Source: Squalus acanthias (Eukaryota). Taken from it: a stretch of DNA of 64,000 nucleotides. Numbering within the stretch: position 1 is the first letter of the stretch; each line of letters opens with the position of its first letter. Positions 1 through 13,195 of the stretch are shown here, piece after piece. The notes under the pieces are model-generated. The model saw only the letters and a program-made list of their open reading frames with translations. It did no database searches and had not been told where the DNA came from. The stretch covers positions 61,134,001-61,198,000 of the forward strand of contig CM059438.1 of NCBI GenBank assembly GCA_030390025.1. The letters run 5' to 3'. Made by a program: the position numbers and the translations under genes.

Positions 1-484
1 GCTAAATCGATACAAGGAATGGCAAATCAAAATGAACCTGCAAAGTGCTGCTCAGTACCCAAAACTCCTTCACACAACGTTGAATCTCTCCAGAAGTCTC
101 TCCCTCTCTCTCTCAGAATGCGTAGTTCAAAAATGCCACCAACAATAAAAGACAGGAAGAGGCCCCCTTTAAATAGCGCCCCCCCTAGCCCCACAGCGAT
201 TGATAGCGTTCCAGTCTTCTGGTCGTTGGATGCGCCAGGCGGTAAGGCAGGGGGCGCCACTCAATTTCCGCTCCGGGACGTCACAAGGGCGTTGCACCAT
301 GGAATGACGTCACAATCTGCGCGCGCGGGTGGTCGCAGCGGTAAAGTTTAGCGCCGCCGCACAATCTCTAGTTAAGTTCCCGAGCGGCGCAAACATCGCT
401 GCGCCCGGGCATTAGCGGCTTTGTGCCCCATTAGCGCCCTCTTAAGGCGCTAATGGGATGTGCAACCAACTGAATTTTTACCCC
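1..484 (-). mobile_element. Harbinger-type MITE, copy 1 (truncated by window edge)
   Basis: Reverse-complement match to 11519-12414; ends in TIR ...gaatttttacccc followed by tta. Confidence 0.85.
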
Positions 485-487
485 TTA

Positions 488-648
488 GAATTCCCAACCT
501 GACTCCATCGTGACAGTACCTTCCCCACAAGGAGTGTAGCGGTTCAAGAAGAAGGCCCATCACCACCTTCTCAAGGCAACCAGGGATGGGCAATAAATGC
601 TGGCCTTGCCAGCATCACCCACATCCCGAGAAGAAATTTAAAAAAAAA
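488..648 (+). mobile_element. LINE family B 3' end fragment
   Basis: Shares 3' end 'caccaccttctcaagg...gggcaataaatgctggccttgccagc...' and A tail with 25700-25780. Confidence 0.8.
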
Positions 649-999
649 TCATGAGACACAGATGTCAAAGGTAAGAACAGAAAGCTCGGTTCTAAAGAAA
701 AGACTTTTGCTGTGTGATTTACAGTTTTGACATTTCTAGACAACCCACTGAGAAAGAAGGCAGCAGACTCCACAAACTGCAATGTGGCAATGGACAGGTC
801 CACCTGCAAGGAGGATGATCAGCCTTTCCAAACAAGAACTAAACAGGACATAAGGTGAAGAGGTGGCCAGAGTAGCAATGCTGCTGCACTGTGTAAGTGA
901 CCTGAGGCTGAAGGAACCAAGCAGGCTGGTGGGAGGGTCACATCCCATAGCAAATGCAGCAGGCCGGGCCTTTAAGGTGGTTTAAAAGTATATATATAT

Positions 1000-1699
1000 T
1001 TTTTTAATTCGTTTTTATGGGATCTGGGCGTCGCTGGCAAGGCCAGCATTTATTGCCCATCCCTAGTTGCCCTTGAGAAGGTGGTGGTGAGCCGCCTTCT
1101 TGAACCGCTGCAGTCCGTGTGGTGAAGGTACTCCAACAGCGCTGTTAGGGAGGGAGTTCCAGGATTTTGACCCAGCGACGGTGAAGGATCGGCGATATAC
1201 TTCTAAGTCAGGATGGTGTGTGACTTGGAGGGGAACTTGGAGGTGGTGGTGTTTCCATGCGCCTGCTGCTCTTATCCTTCTAGGTGGAAGAGGTTGCGGG
1301 TTTGGGAGGTGCTGCCGAAAAAGCCTTGGCGAGTTGCTGCAGTGCATCTTGTAGATAGTACACAGTGCAGCCACGGTGCGCTGGTGGTGGAGGGAGTGAA
1401 TGTTTAAGGTGGTGGATGGGGTGCCAATCAAGTGGACTGCTTTGTCCTGGATGGTGTTGAGCTTCTTGAGTGTTGTTGGAGCTGCACTCATCCAGGCAAG
1501 TGGAGAGTATTCCATCACACTCCTTACTTGTGCCTTGTAGATGGTGGAAAGGCTTTGGGGAGTCAGGAGGTGAGATACTCGCCGCAGAATACCTAGCCTC
1601 TGACCTGCTCTTGTTGCCACAGTATTTATGTGGCTGGTCCAGTTAAGTTTCTGGTTAATGGTGACCCCCCAGGATGTTGATAGTGGGGGATTTGGCGAT
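1000..1699 (-). mobile_element. 5'-truncated LINE family B (CR1/jockey group)
   Basis: RT C-terminal peptide LNWTSHINTVATRAGQRLGILRR...YKAQVRSVMEYS; poly-T at the left end is the A tail. Confidence 0.9.
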
Positions 1700-2453
1700 A
1701 TTCCGATATTCCGATCCCTACGGGTGTGTACGAGCTGTGTACCCACCCATAGGGACATCGGAAATACCAGTTTCAGGCATGCACAGTGCATGCGCTGAAA
1801 ACCAGCATTTCCAATCTGTCAAGAATGCTCTTGACAGATTGGATGCCTGCCCTAGAGAAGAGCCTCTGTGGGCGGATAGTACCGCTTTCTGCAGAACCTC
1901 TGCCCGCTGAAAACCCTTAGAATTCTTATGCCTGGTAAAAGCAGGAGTAAGGCCTGCTTTTACCAGGATAAGAGTTGAAAACTTAAAAAAAAAAATTCCA
2001 GTCATTTATCATTTAAAATACTTTTAAAAAGGTAAGTTTATTTTTAGCCCTGTAAAAAACTTAAATTATTTTTTTCAAAAAATTACATTTTTGTTTAAAA
2101 TATTTAATTTATTGTAATTTCAACTCATTTCAAAAAGGTGACAGTATTTTTTAAATTTATTTAAAGTTTTACTATGTTTTTTCATTGATCTCCATTCATA
2201 TATTTGACAGGTCTATCTGTCAAGTGTATGAAGGGAGATTCCCTTCTTGGATTGGCTCCCCATGGCCCACATGATCTCAGGGATGCTTGCGAACCGCATG
2301 CGCCCCTGGGATACGTGGGCCCTGCACACTTGGAGTTGGAGAGGCCCAGCATCGGAAATATACGCACCTCGGGAGCCCTCAGGTAAGTGCGTAGATTTTT
2401 TCCAGATCGGAGGCTGCCGCACGCGGGAAGCCTCCGATCGGAAAATATGGCCC
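1699..2453. mobile_element. Second MITE family (probable Harbinger-type non-autonomous element)
   Basis: Imperfect inverted termini atattccgatc... / ...gatcggaaaatatggccc; AT-rich core, GC-rich subtermini, no coding capacity; left end abuts a LINE. Confidence 0.5.
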
Positions 2454-2664
2454 ATTAATGGTGAGGTGGGATAGGAGCCACTGCTGTGCTATCCCTGTCA
2501 TTCTGTGTATCATTGTGACTCTACCGGTTGCACTAAACCCCAGTGCTGTAATCTGGGTCCCTCTCACTCCACTTTCCAACATGATTTCAACCCAGTTCCT
2601 GCTCCTGTCTAATCCAGTTCTGATTCATCTACTTCCCAATCTAATCGATGTCCAGTTCCAAACC

Positions 2665-2752
2665 AATGTACAGGCTGATTCTAGTTCCCGAACACTGCAC
2701 AAGACTGATCTCAGCTACAGTCCATTACACACGACTGATCTCAGTTACAGTC
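2665..2752 (+). repeat. Degenerate leading units of the 30-bp minisatellite
   Basis: gactgatctcagctacagtccattacacacgactgatctcagttacagtc matches the 8524-10668 unit. Confidence 0.8.
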
Positions 2753-3158
2753 AGTTAAATCTCAGCAGTATAAATAAGGGAGGCTAGAGTGCAGTTTGTC
2801 ACGGAGTGCAGCTCGGAACAGAGTGTAAAGCTGTGAGATTGGTGAGTGAGGGAGTTCGGGGAGGGAGGTGTTCCTTTCTTTTTCTATCTTTGTCAGCTTC
2901 CTGGAGAGCAGGAGTTAAAAAGCTGCACAAGAGGGGACAGAGAACCAGCGGGAGTTCGGCTCTGTGACACGCCCCAACCGCATTTGGAGAAAAATAAAAG
3001 GTGACATCACAGGGAAAAGGGTAAATGATTGGTTGGTGAGTATTTTGCTCACTTCCCTTATTTTTAAAGCCCAGGAAATTTATTAGTACTAGTTTACAAG
3101 GAGTAATAAATCTTATTAGGTGTAGTAGGGTTTATAAATTAATTAAGACTCAATAAAG

Positions 3159-5432
3159 ATGACAGGGCAGGTGATGTGTTGTGACTGCAGTATGTGGGAG
3201 CTCCTGGACGCCAGTGTGATCCAGGACGAACACATCTGCGGTAAGTGTCTGCGGCTTGAGGAGCTTCAGCTCAGAGTTGATGAGCTGAAGGCCGAGCTGC
3301 GGACACTGCGATGCATCAGGGAGGGCAAAGTTACCTGGACACTTTATTCCATGAGGCAGTCACACCCCTTAGGATAGGGTCTTCTGATTTGGTCAGTGGT
3401 CAGGGACAGGAGGATGTGACTGCGAGTGAGGCAGGTATGGGGACCCAGGAGGTGGAGGAGCCTCAGCCTTTGCAATTGTCCAACAGGTTTGAGGTTCTTG
3501 CGGCCTGTATGGATGAAAGCGGTGGCTGCAGGGTGGATGAGCAAACTGACCATGGCACTGAGGTACAGGAAGCCATTCAAGTGGGGGGAGTTAATAAGAA
3601 TGTAGTGGTAATTGGGGACAGCACAGTCAGGGGGATAGATACAGTTCTCTGCCGCCAAGAGTGAGAGTCCAGACGGCTGTGTTGCCTGCCCGGTGCCAGG
3701 GTTCAGGACATCTGCTCTGGGCTGGAGAGGAACTTGCAGTGGGAGGGTGAGGAGCCAGTGGTCGTGGTCCATGTAGGTACCAACGACATAGGTAGAACTA
3801 GGAAAGAGGTTCTGCTGAGAGAGTATGAGCAGCTAAAGGCTAAATTAAAAAGCAGAACCTCAAGGGTAATAACGTCCGCATTATTAACTGAGCCACGAGC
3901 AAATTGGCATAGGGTAAATAAAATTAGAGATGAATTGAAGGGATAATTACTAGTCCTAGCCCCTTTAGGGCTACCCCAGATCAGGCGTATTCCTCAGATG
4001 TTCACTTTCAACTAAAGTTTGAGGTAGCCAAATCCTAAAGACGCTTAATTGGGTCTAAAGGTCCGGACTATCTCTCCCTAAAGGAAAGGAACAACCTGAA
4101 GATGTTACCATCCTCCAGATAGCACTTTTAATAAGTTTAGCTAGACTGTAACGTTCCGGATATTATGTGGGTCCGGAAAACTCCCGCAGAATTCTGCAAC
4201 TCCTCACCAAAGAGTGTACAGAGATTGAGTTTGCGAGTTTGATACAGAAGTATTATGTGAGACAATTCAAAGAATATATAGATTTATTAAAGAACCGACA
4301 TGTAATTACAGTTGGTGATTCAATCGCAACATTAACAATTCCAAAAAGAGAAAGCTTTCAATTCTATTATCAGAGATTCTTATTCTCAAATCTTAACTTC
4401 ACTACAGTTTTACAGTTCTTAAAGTTTATTCAGGATATCCACCAAAATCAAATACAGTACCGTTGATCCCCGAGGTACAAAGAGTTGTAGACTTACAGAG
4501 CCTGCCTCTGAAGCTGAAAATCGCTTTGCCCCTTTACAGCAAATCTATTATCCCATTTGAAAGTTCAATATTTATACCCTTTTTCAGTGGTATTTCCTTT
4601 GAAGTTTTCTGCTGATGTAAGCTAATTATCTCTAGTCATTTTTCTGTTGACTTCTGCAATTCTTACAGTCAGATCAGCTGGTAGCATTAAGAATCGTGTC
4701 TCTACCCTAGGTGTCCGAAGCTTACCATAAAAAACGGTGTAACAGCAGGTGCATTTCATTTGATGTCATTTTTATTAAGGCCTTCTGTTGGTGCTCTTGC
4801 AATTAGAACACCTTAACTAGGGTGATCTATGCAATTCTTAGTCACCTCAGCTGGTTGCAATACAGAATTATGTCTCCTGTGTAGGTGTCTAAAGCTTAAC
4901 ACAAAAACAGTGTGACGGCAGGTGTTTCTTTTACTTGATGTCATTTTTACGAAGGCATATTTTTCTTAATTTTATGTGCCTGTTTATGAAGTGTAACTTA
5001 GAACACCTTAACCAGGATGCACCATTGTCTTCTTTCCAAAGATTCAGACCGTGAGGAGCCTCCAACCTTCTGTTTCAATAAGGTTATTGATTCAGTGTCA
5101 ACACCTATCTTATCTCAATAGCCTGTATGCTGTTACAGCTTCTCCATTGTTAGGTTTTTAGATTTCCAAACCCAGTTTGGCATGTTTTAATAAGGCCAGA
5201 ATTCTTTCATAGAATGGTGTATTTTTCTGAATAGGTTATATGGCTTATTCCTTCACAGAATGCGTGGCTCAAAGACTGGTGTGGGAGAAATGGGTTTCAA
5301 TTCCTAGGGCACTGGCACTAGTACTGGGGAAAGTGGGATCTGTATCGTTGGGACGGTCTTCATCTGAACCGTGCTGGGACCAGTGTTCTGGCGAGTCGTA
5401 TAACTAGGGCGGTAGAGAGGGCTTTAAACTAA
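3159..5432 (+). pseudogene. CR1 ORF1 (Zn-finger/leucine zipper + SGNH esterase), disrupted
   Basis: CCDCSMWE...CGKC, VIGDS, VVVHVGTND and DGLHL motifs; frameshift, stops and LTR insertion. Confidence 0.88.
3936..5257 (-). mobile_element. Solo LTR, 1322 bp
   Basis: TG...CA termini with short inverted repeat (tgaaggga/tccttca); 4-bp TSD gaat (3932-3935, 5258-5261); removing it restores CR1 ORF1; minus-strand TATAAATA 4569-4576 and AATAAA 4283-4288. Confidence 0.88.
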
Positions 5433-5443
5433 ATATTGGAGGA

Positions 5444-8412
5444 ATGGGATCAAATTTGGAAAGATGTGGTAATTCAAAGATTAGAGACAAGGCAATAGAG
5501 AAAGGTATTAATATGGGAAATGATAAACAGACCGTGACAGGAAGGGATAGAGAGTACAAATCTAAGAGTAAATCAACAGATAAGGCTAGAGGTTACAAAA
5601 ATAATAAAAAGACAAAACTAAAGGCTCTGCATCTGAATGCACGTAGCATTCGAAACAAAACAGATGAACTAATAGCACAAATAGAAATAAATAAATATGA
5701 TCTGATAGCCATTACAGAAACATGGCTGCAGGATGACATAGATTGGGACCTGAATATTGAAGGGTACATGACATTTGGGAAGGACAGGAAGGTGGGAAAC
5801 GGTGGAGGGGTGGCTCTGTTAATTAATGATGATATTAGCACAATAGCGAGGGATGACCTAAGTTCAGGAAACCAGGATGTAGAAGCGGTTTTGATAGAGA
5901 TGAGAAATAATAAAGGCAAGAAGTCACTTGTGGGAGTGATGTACAGGCCCCCTAACAGTAACCACATGGTAGGATGGAGTATAAAGGAAGAAATAATGGG
6001 AGCTTGTCAGAAGGGTACGGCAATAATCATGGGGGATTTTAATCTGCATATAGACTGGAAAAATCAGATGGGCACAGGTAGCATAGAGGAGGAGTTCATG
6101 GAATGTTTTTGGGATAGTTTCTTACAACAGCATGTTCTGGAGCCAACCAGAGAGCAGGCTAGACTAGACCTGGTATTGTGCAACGAGATAGGATTAATTA
6201 CTGACCTCATAGTGAAGGCGCCCCTAGGTAGCAGCGATCATAACATGATTGAATTTTACATTCAGTTTGAGAGAGAGAAGAGTGGGTCCAAGACTAGTAT
6301 TTTAAACTTAAATAAGGGCAATTATGAGGGCATGAAAGCAGAGCTAGCTAAAGTGAACTGGCAAATTAGGTTAAGAGATAGATCAATAGAGTTGCAGTGG
6401 CAGACATTTAAGGGGATATTTCAAAATACACAGAATATATACATTCCAACAAGAAAGAAAAATTCCAAGGGGAGGACCCACCATCCGTGGTTAACTAAAA
6501 AAGTTAAAGATAGTATTAAACTTAAAGAAAAAGCATATAATTGCGCAAAGATGGGTGGCAGGTCAGAAGATTGGACAGAATATAAAAAACAACAAAGAAT
6601 GACTAAAAGATTAATAAGGAGAGAAAAATTAGAGTACGAGAGAAAGCTAGCTAGAAATATAAAAATAGATAGTAAGAGTTTCTATAGATATTTAAAAAAG
6701 AAGAGTTAACAAAGTGAGCGTTGGTCCTATAAAAAGTGAGTCTGGGGAATTAATAATGGTAAATAAGGAGATGGCAGTTGAATTGAACAGCTATTTTGCA
6801 TCGGTTTTCACTATAGAGGATACAAGTAACATCCCAGAAATAGCTGTAAATCAGGAAATGGAAGGGAGGGAGGAACTCAAGAAAATTATAATCACCAGGG
6901 AAGTGGTACTGAGCAAATTGTTGGAGCTGCGGGCTGACAAGTCCCTGAGTCCTGATGGACTTCATCCTAGGGTCTTAAAAGAAGTGGCTAGTGAGATAGT
7001 TGATGTGTTGATTTTAATTTTCCAAAATTCCCTAGATTCGGGGAAGGTTCCATTAGATTGGAAAATAGCGAATGTAACTCCTTTATTCAAAAAGGGAGGG
7101 AGACAGAAAGCAGGAAACTACAGGCCAGTTAGCTTAACATCTGACATAGGGAAGATGTTAGAAGCTATTATTAAAGACATTATAGCAGGGCACTTGGAAA
7201 AGTTCAAAGTAATCAGGCAGAGTCAACATGGTTTTGTGTAAGGGAAATCATGTTTAACCAATTTATTGGAGTTCTTTGTGGAAGTAACATGTGCTGTGGA
7301 TAAAGGGGAACCGGTGGATGTACTGTACTTAGATTTCCAGAAGGCATTTGATAAGGTGCCACATCAAAGGTTATTGTGGAAAATAAAAGCTCATGGTGTA
7401 GGTGGTAACATATTGGCATGAATAGAAGAGTGGCTAGCTAACAGGAAACAGAGAGTAGGCATAAATGGGTAATTTTCTGATTGGCAAGATGTAACGAGTG
7501 GTGTGCCACAGGGATCAGTGCTGGGGCCTCAACTTTTTACAATTTATATAAATGACTTGGAGGAAGGGACCGAAGGTATGGTTGCTAAATTTGCTGATGA
7601 CACAAAGATAGGTAGGAAAGTAAATTGTGAAGAGGACATAAGGAGGCTACAAAGGGATATAGATAGGTTAAGTGAGTGGGCAAAGATCTGGCAAATGGAG
7701 TATAATGTGGGAAAATGTGAAGTTGTCCATTTTGGCAGGAAGAATAAAAAAGAAACATATTTTCTAAATGGTGAGAGATTGCAGAGCTCTGAGATGCAGC
7801 GGGATCTGGGTGTCCTAGTGCATGAATCGCAAAAGGTTACTATGCAGGTACAGCAAGTAATTAGGAAAGCTAATAGAATATTATCGTTTATTGCGAGGGG
7901 GAATTGAATTCAAAAGTAGGGAGGTTATGCTTCAGTTATACAGGGCATTGGTGAGACCATATCTGGAGTACTGTGTACAGTATTGGTCTCCTTATTTAAG
8001 GAAGGATGTAAATGCGTTGGAGGCAGTTCAGAGAAGGTTTACTAGACTAATACCTGGAATGGGCGGGTTGTCTTATGAGGAAAGGTTGGACAGGCTAGGC
8101 TTGTATCTGCTGGAGCTTTAAAGAGTAAGAAGTGACTTGATTGAAACATATAAGAACCTGAGGGGTCTGGACAGGGTGGATGTGGAGAGGATGTTTCCTC
8201 TTCTGGGAGAATCTAGAACTAGGGGTCACTGTTTAAAAATAAGGGGTCGCCCATTTAAGACAGAGATGAGGAGAAATTTTTTCTCACAGAGAGTCGTGAG
8301 TCTTTGGAACTCTCTTCCTCAGAGGGCGGTGGAAGCAGAGTCATTGAATATTTTTAAGGCAGAGGTAGATAGATTCTTGGTAAACAAGGGGGTGAAAAGT
8401 TATCGGGGGTAG
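5444..8412 (+). pseudogene. CR1 ORF2 (APE endonuclease + reverse transcriptase), disrupted
   Basis: NARSI, ITETW, YRPP, GDFN, SDH, NYRPVSLTS, PQGSVLGP and FADD motifs split by stops/frameshifts. Confidence 0.93.
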
Positions 8413-8523
8413 GCGGGAACGTGGAGTAATCGGATCAGCCATGATCTTATGGAATGGCGGAGCAGGCTCGAAGGGCCGAGTGGCCTACTCCTGCTCCTAA
8501 TTCGTATATTCGTATGTTCATAT

Positions 8524-10668
8524 GTCCATTACACAGGACTGATCTATGTTCCAGTCCATTACACAGGACTGATCTCTGTTCCAGTCCATTACACAGGACT
8601 GATCTCTGTTCCAGTCCATTACACAGGACTGATCTCAGTTACAGTCCATTACACAGGACTGATCTATGTTCCAGTCCATTACACAGGACTGATCTCTGTT
8701 CCAGTCCATTACACAGGACTGATCTCTGTTCCAGTCCATTACACAGGACTGATCTCAGTTACAGTCCATTACACAGGACTGATCTATGTTCCAGTCCATT
8801 ACACAGGACTGATCTCTGTTCCAGTCCATTACACAGGACTGATCTCTGTTCCAGTCCATTACACAGGACTGATCTCAGTTACAGTCCATTACACAGGACT
8901 GATCTCTGTTCCAGTCCATTACACAGGACTGATCTCTGTTACAGTCCATTACACAGGACTGATCTCTGTTCCAGTCCATTACACAGGACTGATCTCTTTT
9001 CCAGTCCATTACACAGGACTGATCTCTGTTCCAGTCCATTACACAGGACTGATCTCTGTTCCAGTTCATTACACAGGACTGATCTCTGTTCCAGTCCATT
9101 ACACAGGACTGATCTCTGTTACAGTCCATTACACAGGACTGATCTCTGTTCCAGTCCATTACACAGGACTGATCTCTGTTACAGTCCATTACACAGGACT
9201 GATCTCTGTTCCAGTCCATTACACAGGACTGATCTCAGTTACAGTCCATTACACAGGACTGATCTCTGTTCCAGTCCATTACACAGGACTGATCTCTGTT
9301 CCAGTCCATTACACAGGACTGATCTCAGTTACAGTCCATTACACAGGACTGATCTCAGTTACAGTCAATTACACAGGACTGATCTCAGTTACAGTCCATT
9401 ACACAGGACTGATCTCAGTTACAGTCCATTACACAGGACTGATCTCAGTTACAGTCCATTACACAGGACTGATCTCAGTTACAGTCCATTACACAGGGCT
9501 GATCTCAGTTACAGTCCATTACACAGGACTGATCTCAGTTACAGTCCATTACACAGGACTGATCTCAGTTACAGTCCATTACACAGGACTGATCTCTGTT
9601 CCAGTCCATTACACAGGACTGATCTCTGTTCCAATCCATTACACAGGACTGATCTCAGTTACAGTCCATTACACAGGACTGATCTCTGTTCCAGTCCATT
9701 ACACAGGACTGATCTCTGTTCCAGTCCATTACACAGGACTGATCTCTGTTCCAGTCCATTACACAGGACTGATCTCTGTTCCAGACCATTACACAGGACT
9801 GATCTCTGTTACAGTCCATTACACAGGACTGATCTCTGTTCCAGTCCATTACACAGGACTGATCTCTGTTCCAGTCCATTAAACAGGACTGATCTCAGTT
9901 ACAGTCCATTACACAGGACTGATCTCTGTTCCAGTCCATTACACAGGACTGATCTCTGTTCCAGTTCATTACACAGGACTGATCTCAGTTACAGTCCATT
10001 ACACAGGACTGATCTCTGTTCCAGTCCATTACACAGGACTGATCTCAGTTACAGTCCATTACACAGGACTGATCTCAGTTACAGTCCATTACACAGGACT
10101 GATCTCTGTTACAGTCCATTACACAGGACTGATCTCAGTTACAGTCCATTACACAGGACTGATCTCAGTTACAGTCCATTACACAGGACTGATCTCTGTT
10201 CCAGTTCATTACACAGGACTGATCTCTGTTCCAGTTCATTACACAGGACTGATCTCTGTTACAGTCCATTACACAGGACTGATCTCTGTTCCAGTTCATT
10301 ACACAGGACTGATCTCAGTTACAGTCCATTACACAGGACTGATCTCAGTTACAGTCCATTACACAGGACTGATCTCTGTTCCAGTTCATTACACAGGACT
10401 GATCTCTGTTACAGTCCATTACACAGGACTGATCTCTGTTCCAGTCCATTACACAGGACTGATCTCAGTTACAGTCCATTACACAGGACTGATCTCTGTT
10501 CCAGTCCATTACACAGGACTGATCTCAGTTACAGTCCATTACACAGGACTGATCTCTGTTCCAGTCCATTACACAGGACTGATCTCAGTTACAGTCCATT
10601 ACACAGGGCTGATCTCAGTTACAGTCCATTACACAGGACTGATCTCAGTTGCAGTCCATTACATAGGA
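8524..10668 (+). repeat. 30-bp minisatellite, about 71 units
   Basis: Unit gtccattacacaggactgatctc(t/a)gtt(c/a)ca in strict 30-bp phase. Confidence 0.98.
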
Positions 10669-11518
10669 GTGATATAGATGGGTTGGTTAGATGGGCAGAA
10701 CAGTGGCAAATGGAATTTAACCCTGAAAAGTGTGAGGTGATGCATTTTGGGAGGACTAACAAGGCAAGGGAATGCACAATGAATGGTAGGACACTAGGAA
10801 GGACAGAGGATCTGAGGGACCTTGGTGTGCATGTACATAGATCCCTGAAGGCAGCAGGACAGGTAGATAAGGTGGTTAAGAAGGCATATGGGATACTTGC
10901 CTTCATTAGCCGAGTTATAGAATATAAGAGCAGGGAGGTTATGGTGGAGCTGTACAAAACGCTAGTTAGGCCACAGCTGGAATACTGTGTGCAGTTCTGG
11001 TCACCACACTATAGGAAGGATGTGATTGCATTGGAGAGGGTGCAGAGGAGATTCACCAGGATGTTATCTGGGCTGGAGTGCTTCAGCTATGAAGAGAGAC
11101 TGGACAGACTGGGCTTGTTTTCCTTGGAGCAGAGAAGGCTGAGGGGGGACCTGATTGAGGTGTACAAAATTATGAGGGGTATAGATAGGGTAGATAGAAA
11201 GGAACTTTTCCCCTTAGTAGTGGGGTCAATAACCAGGGGGCATAGTTTCAAGGTCAGGAGGTTTAGAGGGGATTTGAGGAAAAACTTTTTCACCCAGAGG
11301 GTGGTTGGAATCTGGAACTCACTGCCTGAAAGGGTGGTAGAGGCAGGAACCCTCACAACATTCAAGAAGCATTTAGATGAGCACTTGAAACGCCATAGCA
11401 TACAAGGCTACGGACCAAGTACTGGAAAATGAGATTAGAATAGACAGGGCTTGATGGCCGGCGCAGACACGATGGGCCGAAGGGCCTCTTTCTGTGTTGT
11501 ATAACTCTATGACTCTAT
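10669..11518 (+). mobile_element. 5'-truncated CR1 (GACTCTAT-tail subfamily); tail continues 12415-12425
   Basis: WAEQWQMEFNPEKCEVMH...LVRPQLEYCVQFWSP; 3'UTR same as 36361-36450. Confidence 0.93.
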
Positions 11519-12414
11519 GGGGTAAAAATTCAGTTGGTTGCGCCTCCCGTTAGCGCCTTAAGAGGGCGCTAATGGGGCGCAAAGCTGCTAACGCCCGGGC
11601 GCAGCGATGTTTGCGCCGCTCGAGAACTTAACTTGAGATTGTGCGGCGGCGCTAAAACTTACCGCTGCGACCACCTGCGCGCGCAGATTGTGACGTCATT
11701 CCATGGTGCAACGCCCTTGTGGCGCCCCGGAGCGGAAATTGAGTGGCGCCCCCTGCCTTACCGCCTGGCGCATCCAACGACCAGAAGACTGGAACGCTAT
11801 CAATCGCTGTGGGGCTGGGGGGGGGGGCGCTATTTAAAGGGGGCCTCTTCCTGTCTTTTATTGTTGGTGGCAATTTTGAACTACGCATTCTGAGAGAGAG
11901 AGGGAGACACTTCTGGAGAGATTCAACGTTGTGTGAAGGAGTTTTGGGTACTGAGCAGCACTTTGCAGGTTCATTTTGATTTGCCATTCCTTGTATCGAT
12001 TTAGCAGAGACTGTGGGAACTGCACTCTGAGCTCTTTGCCTGGTACTCTCCATTGTTCTTTCCAGCACATTTGATGTGCAAGTCTCTCCAGGCCGAGATT
12101 CAAGGCTGCAATGAACAGGATGTGGATGGAAAGCAAGATTAACCATCCCCTTTAAGAACTGGCCCGTGCCATTGTGTGTGTGTTCCATTGCTGACTGACA
12201 TTACATGAGCTTCGCCAGCGCTCTGAGTTAGCGCCTCACTGCTCGGCCTTTGCGCCTTAAGACAGGTGTGCCGCGCCTGCTTTAGCGCTCCACTCACCTC
12301 CCGGGGCGGTAAAAGTGAAGTTTCCAGTCAGTGCCGATAATTAGCGCCAGGCGCTAATATTTGCGTCCAGACGATATTTGCGCCCCAAATGGGGCGCGAC
12401 CTAATTTCTACCCC
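11519..12414 (+). mobile_element. Harbinger-type MITE, copy 2 (896 bp)
   Basis: TIRs ggggtaaaaatt / aatttctacccc; 3-bp TSD tat; many AGCGCC/GGCGCT subterminal motifs. Confidence 0.9.
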
Positions 12415-12829
12415 TATGACTCTATGATCTCAGTTATAATTAAGGTACATATCAGATCTCAGATTAACTCTTCAGAAGCTACACTAACATGATTTCAGAA
12501 AATTACTTCAAACCAAATGAGATTGCAATGTTTCAGTGTGTGTCTCAGTGCTGTAAATCAAGCCTTGTCCTCTGCCACTGTGGATTTCTCTGGTTCTATT
12601 TCATAACACTGAGCGTTGGAGTCATTTTCACAGATGTTTTATAATATGAATGAACCCTAACTTTTTGAGAAATTCAAAGGACATTTAGTACTTAAAATTA
12701 AGCATATTTGGCAGCAGTTTTGGCAAAAGAAGCTGCAGCTCTTGTAAATACTTGTTCTTGCCAAAGTGAATCCAATTTTGCTTGGAGCAAATCTTGGCAG
12801 CCTGAATTCTGGCACTGGTCCCGTTATAT

Positions 12830-13195
12830 TAGGGCTAGGGTAGGGCTAGGGTAGGGCTAGGTTAGGGCGAGGGTAGGGCTAGGGTAGGGCTAGGGTAGGG
12901 CGAGGGTAGGGCTAGGATAGGGCGAGGGTAGGGCTAGGGTAGGGCGAGGGTAGGGCTAGGGTAGGGCGAGGGTAGGGCGAGGGTAGGGCTAGGGTAGGGC
13001 GAGGGTAGGGCGAGGGTAGGGCGAGGGTAGGGCTAGGGTAGGGCTAGGGTAGGGTTAGGGTTAGGGTTAGGGTTAGGGTTAGGGTTAGGGTTATGTCCCA
13101 CCGCATTTAGGGTTAGGGTTAGGGTTAGGGTTAGGGTTATGTCCCACCGCATTTAGGGTTAGTGTTAGTGTTAGGGTTAGGGTTAGGGTTAGGTT
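12830..13195 (+). repeat. Interstitial telomeric / telomere-variant array
   Basis: (TAGGGC[T/G]AGGG)n grading into (TTAGGG)n with atgtcccaccgcat spacers. Confidence 0.95.

Larger units (their letters stand above)
2753..8523 (+). mobile_element. Near full-length CR1 LINE, decayed, interrupted by a solo LTR
   Basis: 5'UTR, ORF1, ORF2 and a (ttcgtatg)-like tail; inserted within the 30-bp minisatellite. Confidence 0.93.

Noticed and set aside
739..898. Plus-strand exon (tttctag acceptor, gtaagt donor)
   Set aside because: All three frames hit stops before the strong donor; non-coding use cannot be assessed
4167..4466. 99-aa ORF inside the solo LTR as a viral accessory gene
   Set aside because: Short, GTG start, antisense to the inferred LTR orientation, no recognisable motif
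8524..10668. CRISPR-like ~30-bp repeat array
   Set aside because: Units are directly tandem with no unique spacers; eukaryotic context and no cas genes
8449..11432. 992-aa and 477-aa ORFs with decapeptide repeats fused to an RT C-terminus
   Set aside because: Artefact of a stop-free 30-bp minisatellite between a CR1 3'UTR and a truncated CR1; several frames are open
11652..12188. Recurrent MEHTHNG.../MANQNEPAKCC ORFs (also 19, 41948, 42744, 58646)
   Set aside because: They recur only because they are copies of one MITE; C-termini shift frame at a GA microsatellite and no domain is recognisable
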